Assembly (NCBI GenBank): GCA_030018935.1
Contig: JASEGZ010000001.1
Location: 33,290 to 97,289 of the forward strand
Direction of reading: 5' to 3'
Length of the DNA: 64,000 bases
DNA from: Syntrophales bacterium
Lineage (GTDB): Bacteria; Desulfobacterota; Syntrophia; Syntrophales; CG2-30-49-12
The position numbers and the translations under genes were made by a program. Within the stretch, counting starts at the first letter, position 1. The number at the start of each line of letters is the position of its first letter. This document shows, piece by piece, positions 37,335 to 44,879 of the stretch. Below the pieces are notes generated by a model. It saw only the letters and a list, made by a program, of their open reading frames with translations. It did no database searches and was not told where the DNA came from.

Positions 37335-39113
37335 ATGATGGGTGCTAAGGTTGCAGATTTAGATCCAAGAAAGTATGCAGATTGGCAGATTGCGGAAGCG
37401 GCTGAGGAAAATATGCCTACCCCCGAAGAATGGCGGGAGAGACTGGGTTTGCAAAAGGATGAGATTATTCCCCAGGGGAGATTATGTAAACTTGACTTCA
37501 TGAAGATTATTGAGCGACTGAAAGATAGGCCAGACGGAAAATACATCGAAGTTACGGCCATTACCCCTACGCCCCTCGGAGAAGGAAAAACGACTACACT
37601 CATGGGATTGCTGGAGGGGTTAGGCAAAAGGGGCAAAAATGTTGGTGGTTGTATCCGCCAGCCTTCGGGTGGCCCCACGATGAATATTAAGGGGACGGCC
37701 GCCGGAGGTGGTATCTCCCTGCTCATTCCGATGACTGAATTTTCTCTGGGTCTCACCGGCGACATCAACGACATTACCAATGCCCACAACCTGGCCATGG
37801 TCGCCCTGACTGCCCGGATGCAGCACGAACGAAACTACGACGATGCCGAGCTGACCAAGCGTAAACTCAAACGTTTAGACATTGACCCTACCAATATAGA
37901 GATGGGTTGGGTCATGGATTTTTGCGCCCAGTCTTTGCGGAACATTATTATCGGCATGGGAGGCAGGATGGATGGTTACATGATGGCCTCCAAATTCGGC
38001 ATTACGGTTAGCTCGGAGATCATGGCGATCCTTTCCATTGTCCGTGACCTCCCGGACCTGCGGGAGAGACTGGGCAATATTATTGTTGCCTATGACAAAA
38101 AGGGTAAGCCGGTCACTACTACAGACCTTGAATGCGCAGGTGCGATGACTGCCTGGATGCGGAATACCATCAATCCCACCCTGATGTGCACGGTGGAATA
38201 CCAGCCATGCCTGGTACATGCCGGTCCCTTTGCCAACATTGCCGTTGGTCAATCCTCTATTATTGCAGATCGCATTGGTTTAAAGATGTTTGATTATCAC
38301 GTCACCGAGAGCGGTTTTGCTGCCGATATCGGTTTTGAGAAATTCTGGAACGTGAAATGCCGGATCAGTGGTCTTGTTCCTAATGTTTCGGTACTGACGG
38401 CAACGATCAGGGCCCTGAAGATGCACGGTGGCGGGCCGACAGTGGTGGCAGGACGGCCCCTTCCCGAAGAGTATACAAAAGAAAATTTAGGGCTTCTGGA
38501 GAAGGGGATTGCCAATTTGTTGCACCACATTGCAACGGTAAAGAAATCAGGGATCAGTCCGGTGGTCTGCATTAATTCCTTCCATACAGATACCAAGGAT
38601 GAAATTGCCATGGTACGAAAGTATGCGGAGCAGGCAGGTGCCCGTTGCGCTCTTTCGGAACACTGGCTCAAAGGTGGTGAAGGCGCCCTGGAGTTTGCCG
38701 ACGTTGTTATGGATGCTTGTAAGGACAAAGTTGACTTCAAGTTCCTTTATCCTCTTGAGATGCCGCTGCGGCAGCGGGTTGAGACAGTTGCCAGGGAAGT
38801 ATACGGTGCCGACGGTGTTAGCTGGACCCCTGAGGCCGAGGCCAAGGCCAAACGCCTTGAGGCCGATCCTGCAATGAAGGATTTCAATACGATGATGGTA
38901 AAAACACACCTCTCCCTCTCCCATGACCCAACTTTGAAGGGGGTGCCCAAGGGGTGGGTCCTGCCGGTTCGCGATGTACTGATCTTTGCCGGTGCGAAGT
39001 TCCTCTGTCCGATGACGGGGGCCATCAGCCTGATGCCAGGGACCAGTTCTGATCCGGCCTTTAGAAGGGTGGATGTTGATGTACAAACCGGTAGGGTAAT
39101 GGGGCTCTTTTAA
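37335..39113 (+). CDS. fhs: formate--tetrahydrofolate ligase
   Basis: 592 aa with AAGGAGG 7 nt upstream. The [12 protein letters not shown]-loop and overall FTHFS pattern are present. Confidence 0.95.
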   Translation: MMGAKVADLDPRKYADWQIAEAAEENMPTPEEWRERLGLQKDEIIPQGRLCKLDFMKIIERLKDRPDGKYIEVTAITPTPLGEGKTTTLMGLLEGLGKRGKNVGGCIRQPSGGPTMNIKGTAAGGGISLLIPMTEFSLGLTGDINDITNAHNLAMVALTARMQHERNYDDAELTKRKLKRLDIDPTNIEMGWVMDFCAQSLRNIIIGMGGRMDGYMMASKFGITVSSEIMAILSIVRDLPDLRERLGNIIVAYDKKGKPVTTTDLECAGAMTAWMRNTINPTLMCTVEYQPCLVHAGPFANIAVGQSSIIADRIGLKMFDYHVTESGFAADIGFEKFWNVKCRISGLVPNVSVLTATIRALKMHGGGPTVVAGRPLPEEYTKENLGLLEKGIANLLHHIATVKKSGISPVVCINSFHTDTKDEIAMVRKYAEQAGARCALSEHWLKGGEGALEFADVVMDACKDKVDFKFLYPLEMPLRQRVETVAREVYGADGVSWTPEAEAKAKRLEADPAMKDFNTMMVKTHLSLSHDPTLKGVPKGWVLPVRDVLIFAGAKFLCPMTGAISLMPGTSSDPAFRRVDVDVQTGRVMGLF

Positions 39114-39157
39114 ATGGTAGGGGGCATTCCCTGCATTTTCGCCAAGGAGGAAAAAAG

Positions 39158-40048
39158 ATGACGGCAAAGCTTATCAATGGCAATGAAATCGCCGGGCAGA
39201 TCCGGGAGGAGTTGAAACAGGAGACGGCTCTATTAAAAGAGAAGTATAATATGGAGCCGGGTTTAGTTACTATCCTGGTAGGCCAGAACCCTGCCTCGGT
39301 GAGCTATGTTACCGGGAAGCAGAAGACAGCCAAGGAGTTAGGGTTTTACTCTCTTCAGGACAATCAACCGGAAGATATTACGGAGGAGCAGTTGCTCAGG
39401 CTGATTGAGCAGTATAACAATGACCCGAAGATCCATGGGATCCTGGTTCAGCTTCCTTTACCAAAGCACATCAATGAGACGAAGGTCCTCTACGCCATTG
39501 ATCCCCGAAAGGATGTGGATGGCTTCCACCCGGTCAACGTAGGGAAAATGGTGATCGGTGGGGCCGACTACCTTCCCTGTACTCCAGCAGGTATCCAGCA
39601 ACTCCTGATCCGGTCAGGCGTGAAAATAGATGGCGCTGAGGTGGTGGTGGTGGGCAGATCGAACATCGTGGGAAAACCGATCGTCAATATTCTCTTACAG
39701 AAACAGAAAGGGGCCAATGCGACGGTGACGGTCTGCCACACAGGTACAAAGGATATCGCTTTCCATACCAAGAGGGCAGACATCCTCATCGTGGCGGCAG
39801 GGAAGCCCAATGCGGTCACAGCGGATATGGTGAAAGAAGGGGTTGTGGTCATTGATGTGGGTGTCAACCGGATCGGGATGACTCCGGAGGGGAAGGCCAA
39901 GCTCTGTGGAGATGTTGATTTTGAAGGGGTCAAGGAGAAGGCGAGCGCCATTACCCCTGTCCCCGGCGGCGTCGGACCGATGACCATTACGATGTTGATG
40001 ATGAACACCGTCAAGGCTGCCAAACTTGCTGCGGGGATTAAACCATAA
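39158..40048 (+). CDS. folD: bifunctional methylene-THF dehydrogenase / methenyl-THF cyclohydrolase
   Basis: 296 aa with GILVQLPLP, VVVGRSNIVGKP and PGGVGPMT motifs. Confidence 0.95.
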   Translation: MTAKLINGNEIAGQIREELKQETALLKEKYNMEPGLVTILVGQNPASVSYVTGKQKTAKELGFYSLQDNQPEDITEEQLLRLIEQYNNDPKIHGILVQLPLPKHINETKVLYAIDPRKDVDGFHPVNVGKMVIGGADYLPCTPAGIQQLLIRSGVKIDGAEVVVVGRSNIVGKPIVNILLQKQKGANATVTVCHTGTKDIAFHTKRADILIVAAGKPNAVTADMVKEGVVVIDVGVNRIGMTPEGKAKLCGDVDFEGVKEKASAITPVPGGVGPMTITMLMMNTVKAAKLAAGIKP

Positions 40049-40152
40049 GTAAGCCATCAGCCATTAGCCATTAGCGATCAGGGGTCAGAATTTAGAATTT
40101 ATGCATCTTCCTGTTTTAGCTGAAAGCTGACAACTGAGAGCTGGAGGCTTAC
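40049..40152. repeat. heptamer-arm hairpin, family C, capped GTAAGC...GCTTAC
   Basis: gtaagccatcagccattagccattagcgatcagg ... agctgaaagctgacaactgagagctggaggcttac. The arms pair imperfectly. Confidence 0.8.
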
Positions 40153-40161
40153 AATCGGGCA

Positions 40162-40833
40162 GTGAAAACTGTACATCTCCATATAGATGGTAGAGAAGTA
40201 GAGACTCTCGTAGGTAGTAAGATACTATGGGCAGCTCTCGATAACGGTGTCTATATTCCCAATTTATGCGCCATCAGGGAAAGAGGTGAACCTTTTGCCT
40301 CCTGTCGCTTATGTTTTGTGGAGGTAGAGGGGAGGGAAAGGCCGGTTACTGCCTGTACGACATCAGTAACAGAAGGGATGGTAGTTGATACCAAGGGGTC
40401 AAAGGCCTTAAGGCTGGCAAGAACAGCATTTGAGCTGATTTTGAGTAACCATTTGCTCGATTGTGCCCACTGCCCTAAAAAGGGCTCATGTGAATTACAC
40501 AGGATTGCCAGGCATCTGGGTGTGAAACTTAATACAGAGAGATTCAGGAAAGTTCTCCGGGATCTGCCGGTAGATACAAGCAGTCCTGTATTTACATATA
40601 TCCCTGATAAATGTGTCCTCTGTGGCAGGTGTGTTTGGGTGTGTGAGGAGAAGCTCGGTGTAGGAGCTATTGGTTTTGCCTATCGTGGCTTTCAACGGCG
40701 GGTTACCACCTTTGGGGACGAGCCTCTAAGTGTATCCGGGTGCCAGACCTGTATCGAGTGCGTTGACGTTTGTCCTGTGGGCGCCTTGGTACCCAAAGAA
40801 GGAGGGCAAGCTTTTGTTCTTACTGAAAGCTGA
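40162..40833 (+). CDS. [2Fe-2S]/[4Fe-4S] ferredoxin-like protein (NuoG/HydA N-terminal type)
   Basis: 223 aa, GTG start. 2Fe-2S-type N-terminus (IDGREVE...CRLCFVEV), the HxxxC...C motif (HLLDCAHCPKKGSCEL), and two CxxCxxCxxxCP-like motifs. Confidence 0.7.
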   Translation: MKTVHLHIDGREVETLVGSKILWAALDNGVYIPNLCAIRERGEPFASCRLCFVEVEGRERPVTACTTSVTEGMVVDTKGSKALRLARTAFELILSNHLLDCAHCPKKGSCELHRIARHLGVKLNTERFRKVLRDLPVDTSSPVFTYIPDKCVLCGRCVWVCEEKLGVGAIGFAYRGFQRRVTTFGDEPLSVSGCQTCIECVDVCPVGALVPKEGGQAFVLTES

Positions 40834-40855
40834 CGGCTGAGAGCTGAACACTTAC
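40823..40855. repeat. family C half-element (right-arm type)
   Basis: ctgaaag ctgacgg ctgagag ctgaaca cttac. Overlaps the stop of the Fe-S gene. Confidence 0.8.
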
Positions 40856-40857
40856 AA

Positions 40858-41760
40858 ATGATGGAGGAAAAGATGATAATTATAGGTGAGAATATACATG
40901 TTATTGCAAAGGATGTCTCCATAGCGATAAGGGAGAGAAATGCAAAGGTAATTCAGGACTTGTCAAGGGCTCAAGCTGAGGCGGGAGCTGATTATATTGA
41001 CCTGAATGTTGGTCCCATGAAGAAGGACACGGAAGAGACAATGGAATGGCTGGTCAATACAGTGCAGGAGGTTACCGATTTACCTCTCTCCATAGATACT
41101 ATGAATCCCGTGGCTATGGAAGCAGGCCTGAAGGCTTGCAAGAGGCGACCTTTACTCAACTCTGCCTCGGGGAAGACCGACTCCAAAGAGCAGGTGCTCC
41201 CTTTGGCTAATAAATACAACTGTGATGTGATAATCTCGGTCATGACGGATAAAGGGATGCCGCCTGACGTTGATTCTAAGATCGAGAGCATCATGGACAC
41301 AGTGGCGTATGCCAATGAATTAGGGATTCCCAATGAAGATATCTGGATAGACCCCATAATTCTCCCCGTGGGCACTGCCGGTGAAGGACAGAGGTCCGCC
41401 GTCGTCTGTTTGGAATTTATCAAGATACTTCAAGATGTCCTGCCCGGGGTTAAATCAACAGTGGGACTTTCCAACGTATCCAATGGGGTACCAGCTCAAC
41501 TGAGGCCAATCCTTAACCGTACCTACCTCGTGATGCTGGAGAGAATGGGACTTTATTCTGCCATCGCCGATCCCCTGGATAAAGAGTTTATGAGCCTGGT
41601 GAAAGGGGAGATGCCGGAGATCGTTAACCTTATATACCGGATCATGGATGGTGAGAAGATCGCTCTCTCCTCTCTATCTCAGAAAGAAATTGAATATGCG
41701 AAGACAACCAGGGTTCTTATGGGTGAGACGCTATATTCCGATGCCTGGCTGGAAAGTTAA
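40858..41760 (+). CDS. acsE: methyl-THF:corrinoid/iron-sulfur protein methyltransferase
   Basis: 300 aa pterin-binding TIM barrel (IIGENIHV..., GADYIDLNVGP, SNVSNG). Confidence 0.85.
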   Translation: MMEEKMIIIGENIHVIAKDVSIAIRERNAKVIQDLSRAQAEAGADYIDLNVGPMKKDTEETMEWLVNTVQEVTDLPLSIDTMNPVAMEAGLKACKRRPLLNSASGKTDSKEQVLPLANKYNCDVIISVMTDKGMPPDVDSKIESIMDTVAYANELGIPNEDIWIDPIILPVGTAGEGQRSAVVCLEFIKILQDVLPGVKSTVGLSNVSNGVPAQLRPILNRTYLVMLERMGLYSAIADPLDKEFMSLVKGEMPEIVNLIYRIMDGEKIALSSLSQKEIEYAKTTRVLMGETLYSDAWLES

Positions 41761-42159
41761 TAATTTGGGAAGGAGAATAATCTATAGGGCGGTGTAGACG
41801 ACAACGTCATCTACACCGCTAAACTCAAAGAAAAGGCGACGTTGTCGTCTGTGAACAAGTTATCTGCAATTACGCACAGAGAAAAATATGTATATGACAA
41901 CTCACTGGGACCTTTGCATAACTTGCAAAAGGGGTTCTGAGTGGCGAATCAAAGATTTTTTCTCGATGACAAATGTTTATATCACCGTTTGTTCTCGTTG
42001 GTTTATTAATTTCTCTCACAAGACGCGAAAAAAGATTTTGAGCCACGATGAACCCCTTTTGCAAAGCTCTCTCACTATAATGGGTGTGAGACGAATGTCA
42101 AGCCGTCCAAATCCAGGCAACAATAAGAGCATTCCCATAGATATCGTGAAGGTGGAACC

Positions 42160-42468
42160 GTGAGAAAAAAAGATCAAATAGGACTCCCTGAAGACAAGAT
42201 CGCATCATTCTGTAAGAAGCATCACATCCGAAAGCTATCCATCTTCGGTTCCGTTCTTCGAGATGATTTCGGACCTGGTAGCGACATAGACATCCTGGTG
42301 GAATTCGAGCCCGGAAAGGCACCCAGTTTCTTCCGTCTGTTCGATATGGAAGAAGAATTATCCACCATGATGGGTGGACGAAAGGTGGATCTCCGCACAC
42401 CCGAGGATCTGAGCCGCTATTTTAGGGATAAAGTCTTAGCTGCAGCGGTGGTACAATATGCAGCGTGA
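42160..42468 (+). CDS. mntA: MntA-type nucleotidyltransferase antitoxin
   Basis: 102 aa with the motif FGSVLRDDFGPGSDIDILVEF. Overlaps the downstream HEPN gene. Confidence 0.85.
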   Translation: MRKKDQIGLPEDKIASFCKKHHIRKLSIFGSVLRDDFGPGSDIDILVEFEPGKAPSFFRLFDMEEELSTMMGGRKVDLRTPEDLSRYFRDKVLAAAVVQYAA

Positions 42469-42805
42469 TGACATCGTTTGTGTCCGCCATATCCTCGATG
42501 CCGCTCGCAGGGCCATGCATTTTGCACGAAACCGCACCAGGGAGGATTTAGATAGCGACGAAATGCTATCACTATCTCTGGTACACCTTCTGGAGATAAT
42601 TGGCGAGGCGGCAAATGGTGTGACGATCGGTTTTCGGGAGAAACATCCCCATATACCCTGGAAAAAAATGATTGGATTGCGCAACCGATTGATCCACGGG
42701 TATTTTGACATCAATCTCGACATTGTATGGGATACGGTCATGGAGGACCTGCCACCCCTTGTAGCAGACTTGGAGAAGATAGTTCCATGGGAGGAAACAA
42801 CTTGA
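42458..42805 (+). CDS. hepT: HepT-type HEPN (DUF86) toxin
   Basis: 115 aa with the Rx4-6H motif in GLRNRLIHGYFDINLDIVW. Confidence 0.85.
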   Translation: MQRDDIVCVRHILDAARRAMHFARNRTREDLDSDEMLSLSLVHLLEIIGEAANGVTIGFREKHPHIPWKKMIGLRNRLIHGYFDINLDIVWDTVMEDLPPLVADLEKIVPWEETT

Positions 42806-42922
42806 GAACCGCCATGGACCAGCTCATCGTCAATTCTCGATGTGATAAGACGGCAGTTCATTGGCGTTACGAACACGAAACACGCTCATCCATCCTCAAC
42901 AATCGTGTTGTATTCGAAAGTG

Positions 42923-43042
42923 GCGTAACAGCAGATAACAGAGCGTATCTGGCTTCGTGCCTTCGGCACTCCGCCCAAATTCCTTGCTTCGCTCGGAACT
43001 TCAGATACGCTCAGCCGGGTGAGCTTCATTTAAAGGTTACAT
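42923..43042 (+). other. attC-like palindrome after the MntA/HepT module
   Basis: GCGTAAC / AGATAAC ... gagcgtatctg (42941) ... cagatacgctc (43002) ... GTTACAT (43036). Box-to-arm spacing is asymmetric, so the call is tentative. Confidence 0.35.
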
Positions 43043-43135
43043 CTCCCAATAACATTAAGGCAGTGATGAAGACAGGCGGATTTGGTGGCTCCAATTGGAG
43101 CAAATAAGGACACGGTCTGATTTGTTTGCAATGGC

Positions 43136-43211
43136 GGCTAACATCAGGCTAAAAGGAAAAAGATTTCGCGACAAATGCTATCGCGCTTCTTTTAGCCTGC
43201 AACCGGTAGGC
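43136..43211 (+). other. attC-like palindrome
   Basis: GGCTAAC at caggctaaaagg ... cgcga/tcgcg ... cttttagcctg caacc GGTAGGC, 76 nt with symmetric architecture. Confidence 0.45.
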
Positions 43212-43573
43212 AAAACGGTGGCTTTATCGGATAATTATAACGAGGAAAGGCTGGAGGGGCATCACCGGCATCATCGAAGCGATCCGAGCAAATCGAGTTC
43301 GGATCACCGACCATGCTGATGAAGAAGCCGAGGGCCGATTAACTCACGTTTGATGAAATCTACTTCTCGGTTCTTCACGGTGAAATCATCGAGGATTATC
43401 CGACCAACAGGCCGTATCCGAGCTGTCTGATATACGGTCGGACCTTCGGTGGCGATCCTGTCCATAGTGTTTGGGCATATAACGAGCAGAACCGATGGGC
43501 CGTCTTGATCATGGTTTATCGGCCTGATCCCGATCTGTGGATCAACTGGCGGGAAAGGAGAAAGAAGCAATGA
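43210..43573 (+). pseudogene. DUF4258-like toxin gene, frameshifted and lacking an obvious start
   Basis: Frame 1 reads ...IIEAIRANRVRITDHADEEAEGRLTHV-stop. The adjacent frame continues LTFDEIYFSVLHGEIIEDYPTNRPYPSCLIYGRTFGGDPVHSVWAYNEQNRWAVLIMVYRPDPDLW. A single extra A near 43340 would explain the shift. The stop overlaps the ygiT-like ATG. Confidence 0.55.
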
Positions 43574-43812
43574 TGCCATTTGAGAAGTGTCCGATTTGCG
43601 GTGGTGAATTGGTGGCGAAAGAGGTTGAGAAACTCTTGCGAAGGGGGATTCATACTGCCATCTTGAAGGTGCACGCTGAGGGTTGCCTGCACTGTGGGGA
43701 CCGCCTGTATTCACAAGAAACTGTCAGGCGATTTGAAGAGATCAGAGCCAAACTGGAGCGCCGGGAGACGGCAGATTTTCAACCCCTGGGATTATCGTTT
43801 CAGGTGGTGTAA
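43570..43812 (+). CDS. YgiT/MqsA-type zinc-finger antitoxin-like protein
   Basis: Likely start MMPFEKCPICGGEL at 43570. It has two CxxC pairs (CPICGG ... CLHCGD). Confidence 0.7.
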   Translation: MMPFEKCPICGGELVAKEVEKLLRRGIHTAILKVHAEGCLHCGDRLYSQETVRRFEEIRAKLERRETADFQPLGLSFQVV

Positions 43813-43938
43813 CAAGTTCGCTGAGTTTTGCTGACCTCCGTATGGAATTGATGAGATATTTTAACAAAATTTGCGGTAGAAGTGAATTAAGAGATGCTCA
43901 CAGAGCCTTGATTTTCAAGCATCTGTGAGATGTTGAAC
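43807..43938 (+). other. attC-like palindrome at the right end of the insertion
   Basis: GTGTAAC (43807) ... gctcacag / ctgtgag ... GTTGAAC (43932, fits GTTRRRY). Confidence 0.35.
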
Positions 43939-43967
43939 AGGCTACTTATCTGGGAAGGAGGTAAAGA

Positions 43968-44864
43968 ATGGAATACAGGGCACCAGTTGAAGCTTATACG
44001 GGAATGGTAAGGGAGGTGACAATCGGCAAGGGAGAAAAGGCAATAAAGATCGGAGGGGAGAATAGGCTCCCCTTACATTTCTTTGACCAGGGATCCTGTC
44101 CCAACCCTCCGAGGTTTGCCTTACAAATCCTTGATATGAAACCCACGGATTGGCCAGATCACTTAGTCGAGCCTTTCCGGGATGTAATATCCGACCCGGT
44201 AAAATGGGCCAAGAGATGTGCGGAATTCGGCGTAGATGCCATCGCCCTTTATCTTATCAGCACCGATCCGTCGGAGAAAGATACCTCTGCTCAAGAGGCA
44301 GCAGCGATGGTGAAGAGGATAATTGGTGAGGTAAATCTCCCCTTAGTTCTCTACGGCTCAGGGGATGAGAAAAAGGACGGAGAAGTTCTCTCTAAGGTTG
44401 CCGAGGTGTGTGATGGCGAGAATCTCCTTATGGGTCCGGTGCAAAAGGAGAATTATACAGTGGTGGCAAAGGCAATCTTAGACCATGGACATACCGCTAT
44501 TGCCCAGACACCTCTCGATATCAATCTCCTTAAAGAACTGAATGTCAAACTCTGTAAGCTCCTCCCCCCGGAGAGGATTGTCATTGATCCCCTATCCTCC
44601 CCGCTGGGCTATGGCATGGAGTACAGCTTTTCTTTAATGGAGAGGGTAAAACAGATCGGAATAGTCACCGAGGATAGTATGACACAGATGCCGATTATTG
44701 CCAATCTTGGTGATGAATGCTGGAAGGCAAAGCAAGCAAAAGAGAACAAGGAACAGGGCCTGCTCTGGGAAGGGATAACAGCCCTCTCACTTCTCCTGGC
44801 CGGGGCAAATATCCTTGTTTTGAGACATCCCGAGACATTGAAATTGGTGAGAGAAACCATCTAG
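43968..44864 (+). CDS. acsD: corrinoid iron-sulfur protein small subunit (ACDS delta)
   Basis: 298 aa. The N-terminus MEYRAPVEAYTGMVREVTIGKGEKAIKIGGE is typical of CdhD/AcsD. Sits in the cdh cluster. Confidence 0.85.
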   Translation: MEYRAPVEAYTGMVREVTIGKGEKAIKIGGENRLPLHFFDQGSCPNPPRFALQILDMKPTDWPDHLVEPFRDVISDPVKWAKRCAEFGVDAIALYLISTDPSEKDTSAQEAAAMVKRIIGEVNLPLVLYGSGDEKKDGEVLSKVAEVCDGENLLMGPVQKENYTVVAKAILDHGHTAIAQTPLDINLLKELNVKLCKLLPPERIVIDPLSSPLGYGMEYSFSLMERVKQIGIVTEDSMTQMPIIANLGDECWKAKQAKENKEQGLLWEGITALSLLLAGANILVLRHPETLKLVRETI

Positions 44865-44879
44865 TGAGGAGGTGAAAAG

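Larger units (their letters stand above)
41776..43960 (+). mobile_element. 2.2-kb accessory insertion in the acsE-cdhD spacer (two TA modules + attC-like palindromes)
   Basis: Bounded by the direct repeat tgggaaggag (41766-41775 and 43951-43960). Only the second copy is correctly spaced as an RBS (for cdhD). Confidence 0.6.

Noticed and set aside
37316-37798. 160-aa minus-strand ORF
   Set aside because: It is antisense to the fhs N-terminus and its composition is Pro/Ser-rich, typical of the reverse frame of a real gene.
41795-41851. The 13-bp-stem hairpin at the left end of the insertion as an attC site
   Set aside because: The AAC/GTT triplets sit at the apex of the stem rather than at the base, and no R''/R' box geometry is present. 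It is kept only as a hairpin observation.
41870-42163. ORFs 41888-42163(+) and 41870-42064(-) in the left part of the insertion
   Set aside because: They mutually overlap and have no RBS or recognisable motif. The region more likely holds the promoter/leader of the MntA/HepT module.
43304-43714. 136-aa minus-strand ORF across the DUF4258/YgiT module
   Set aside because: It is antisense to two plus-strand genes with recognisable TA motifs and has no motif of its own.
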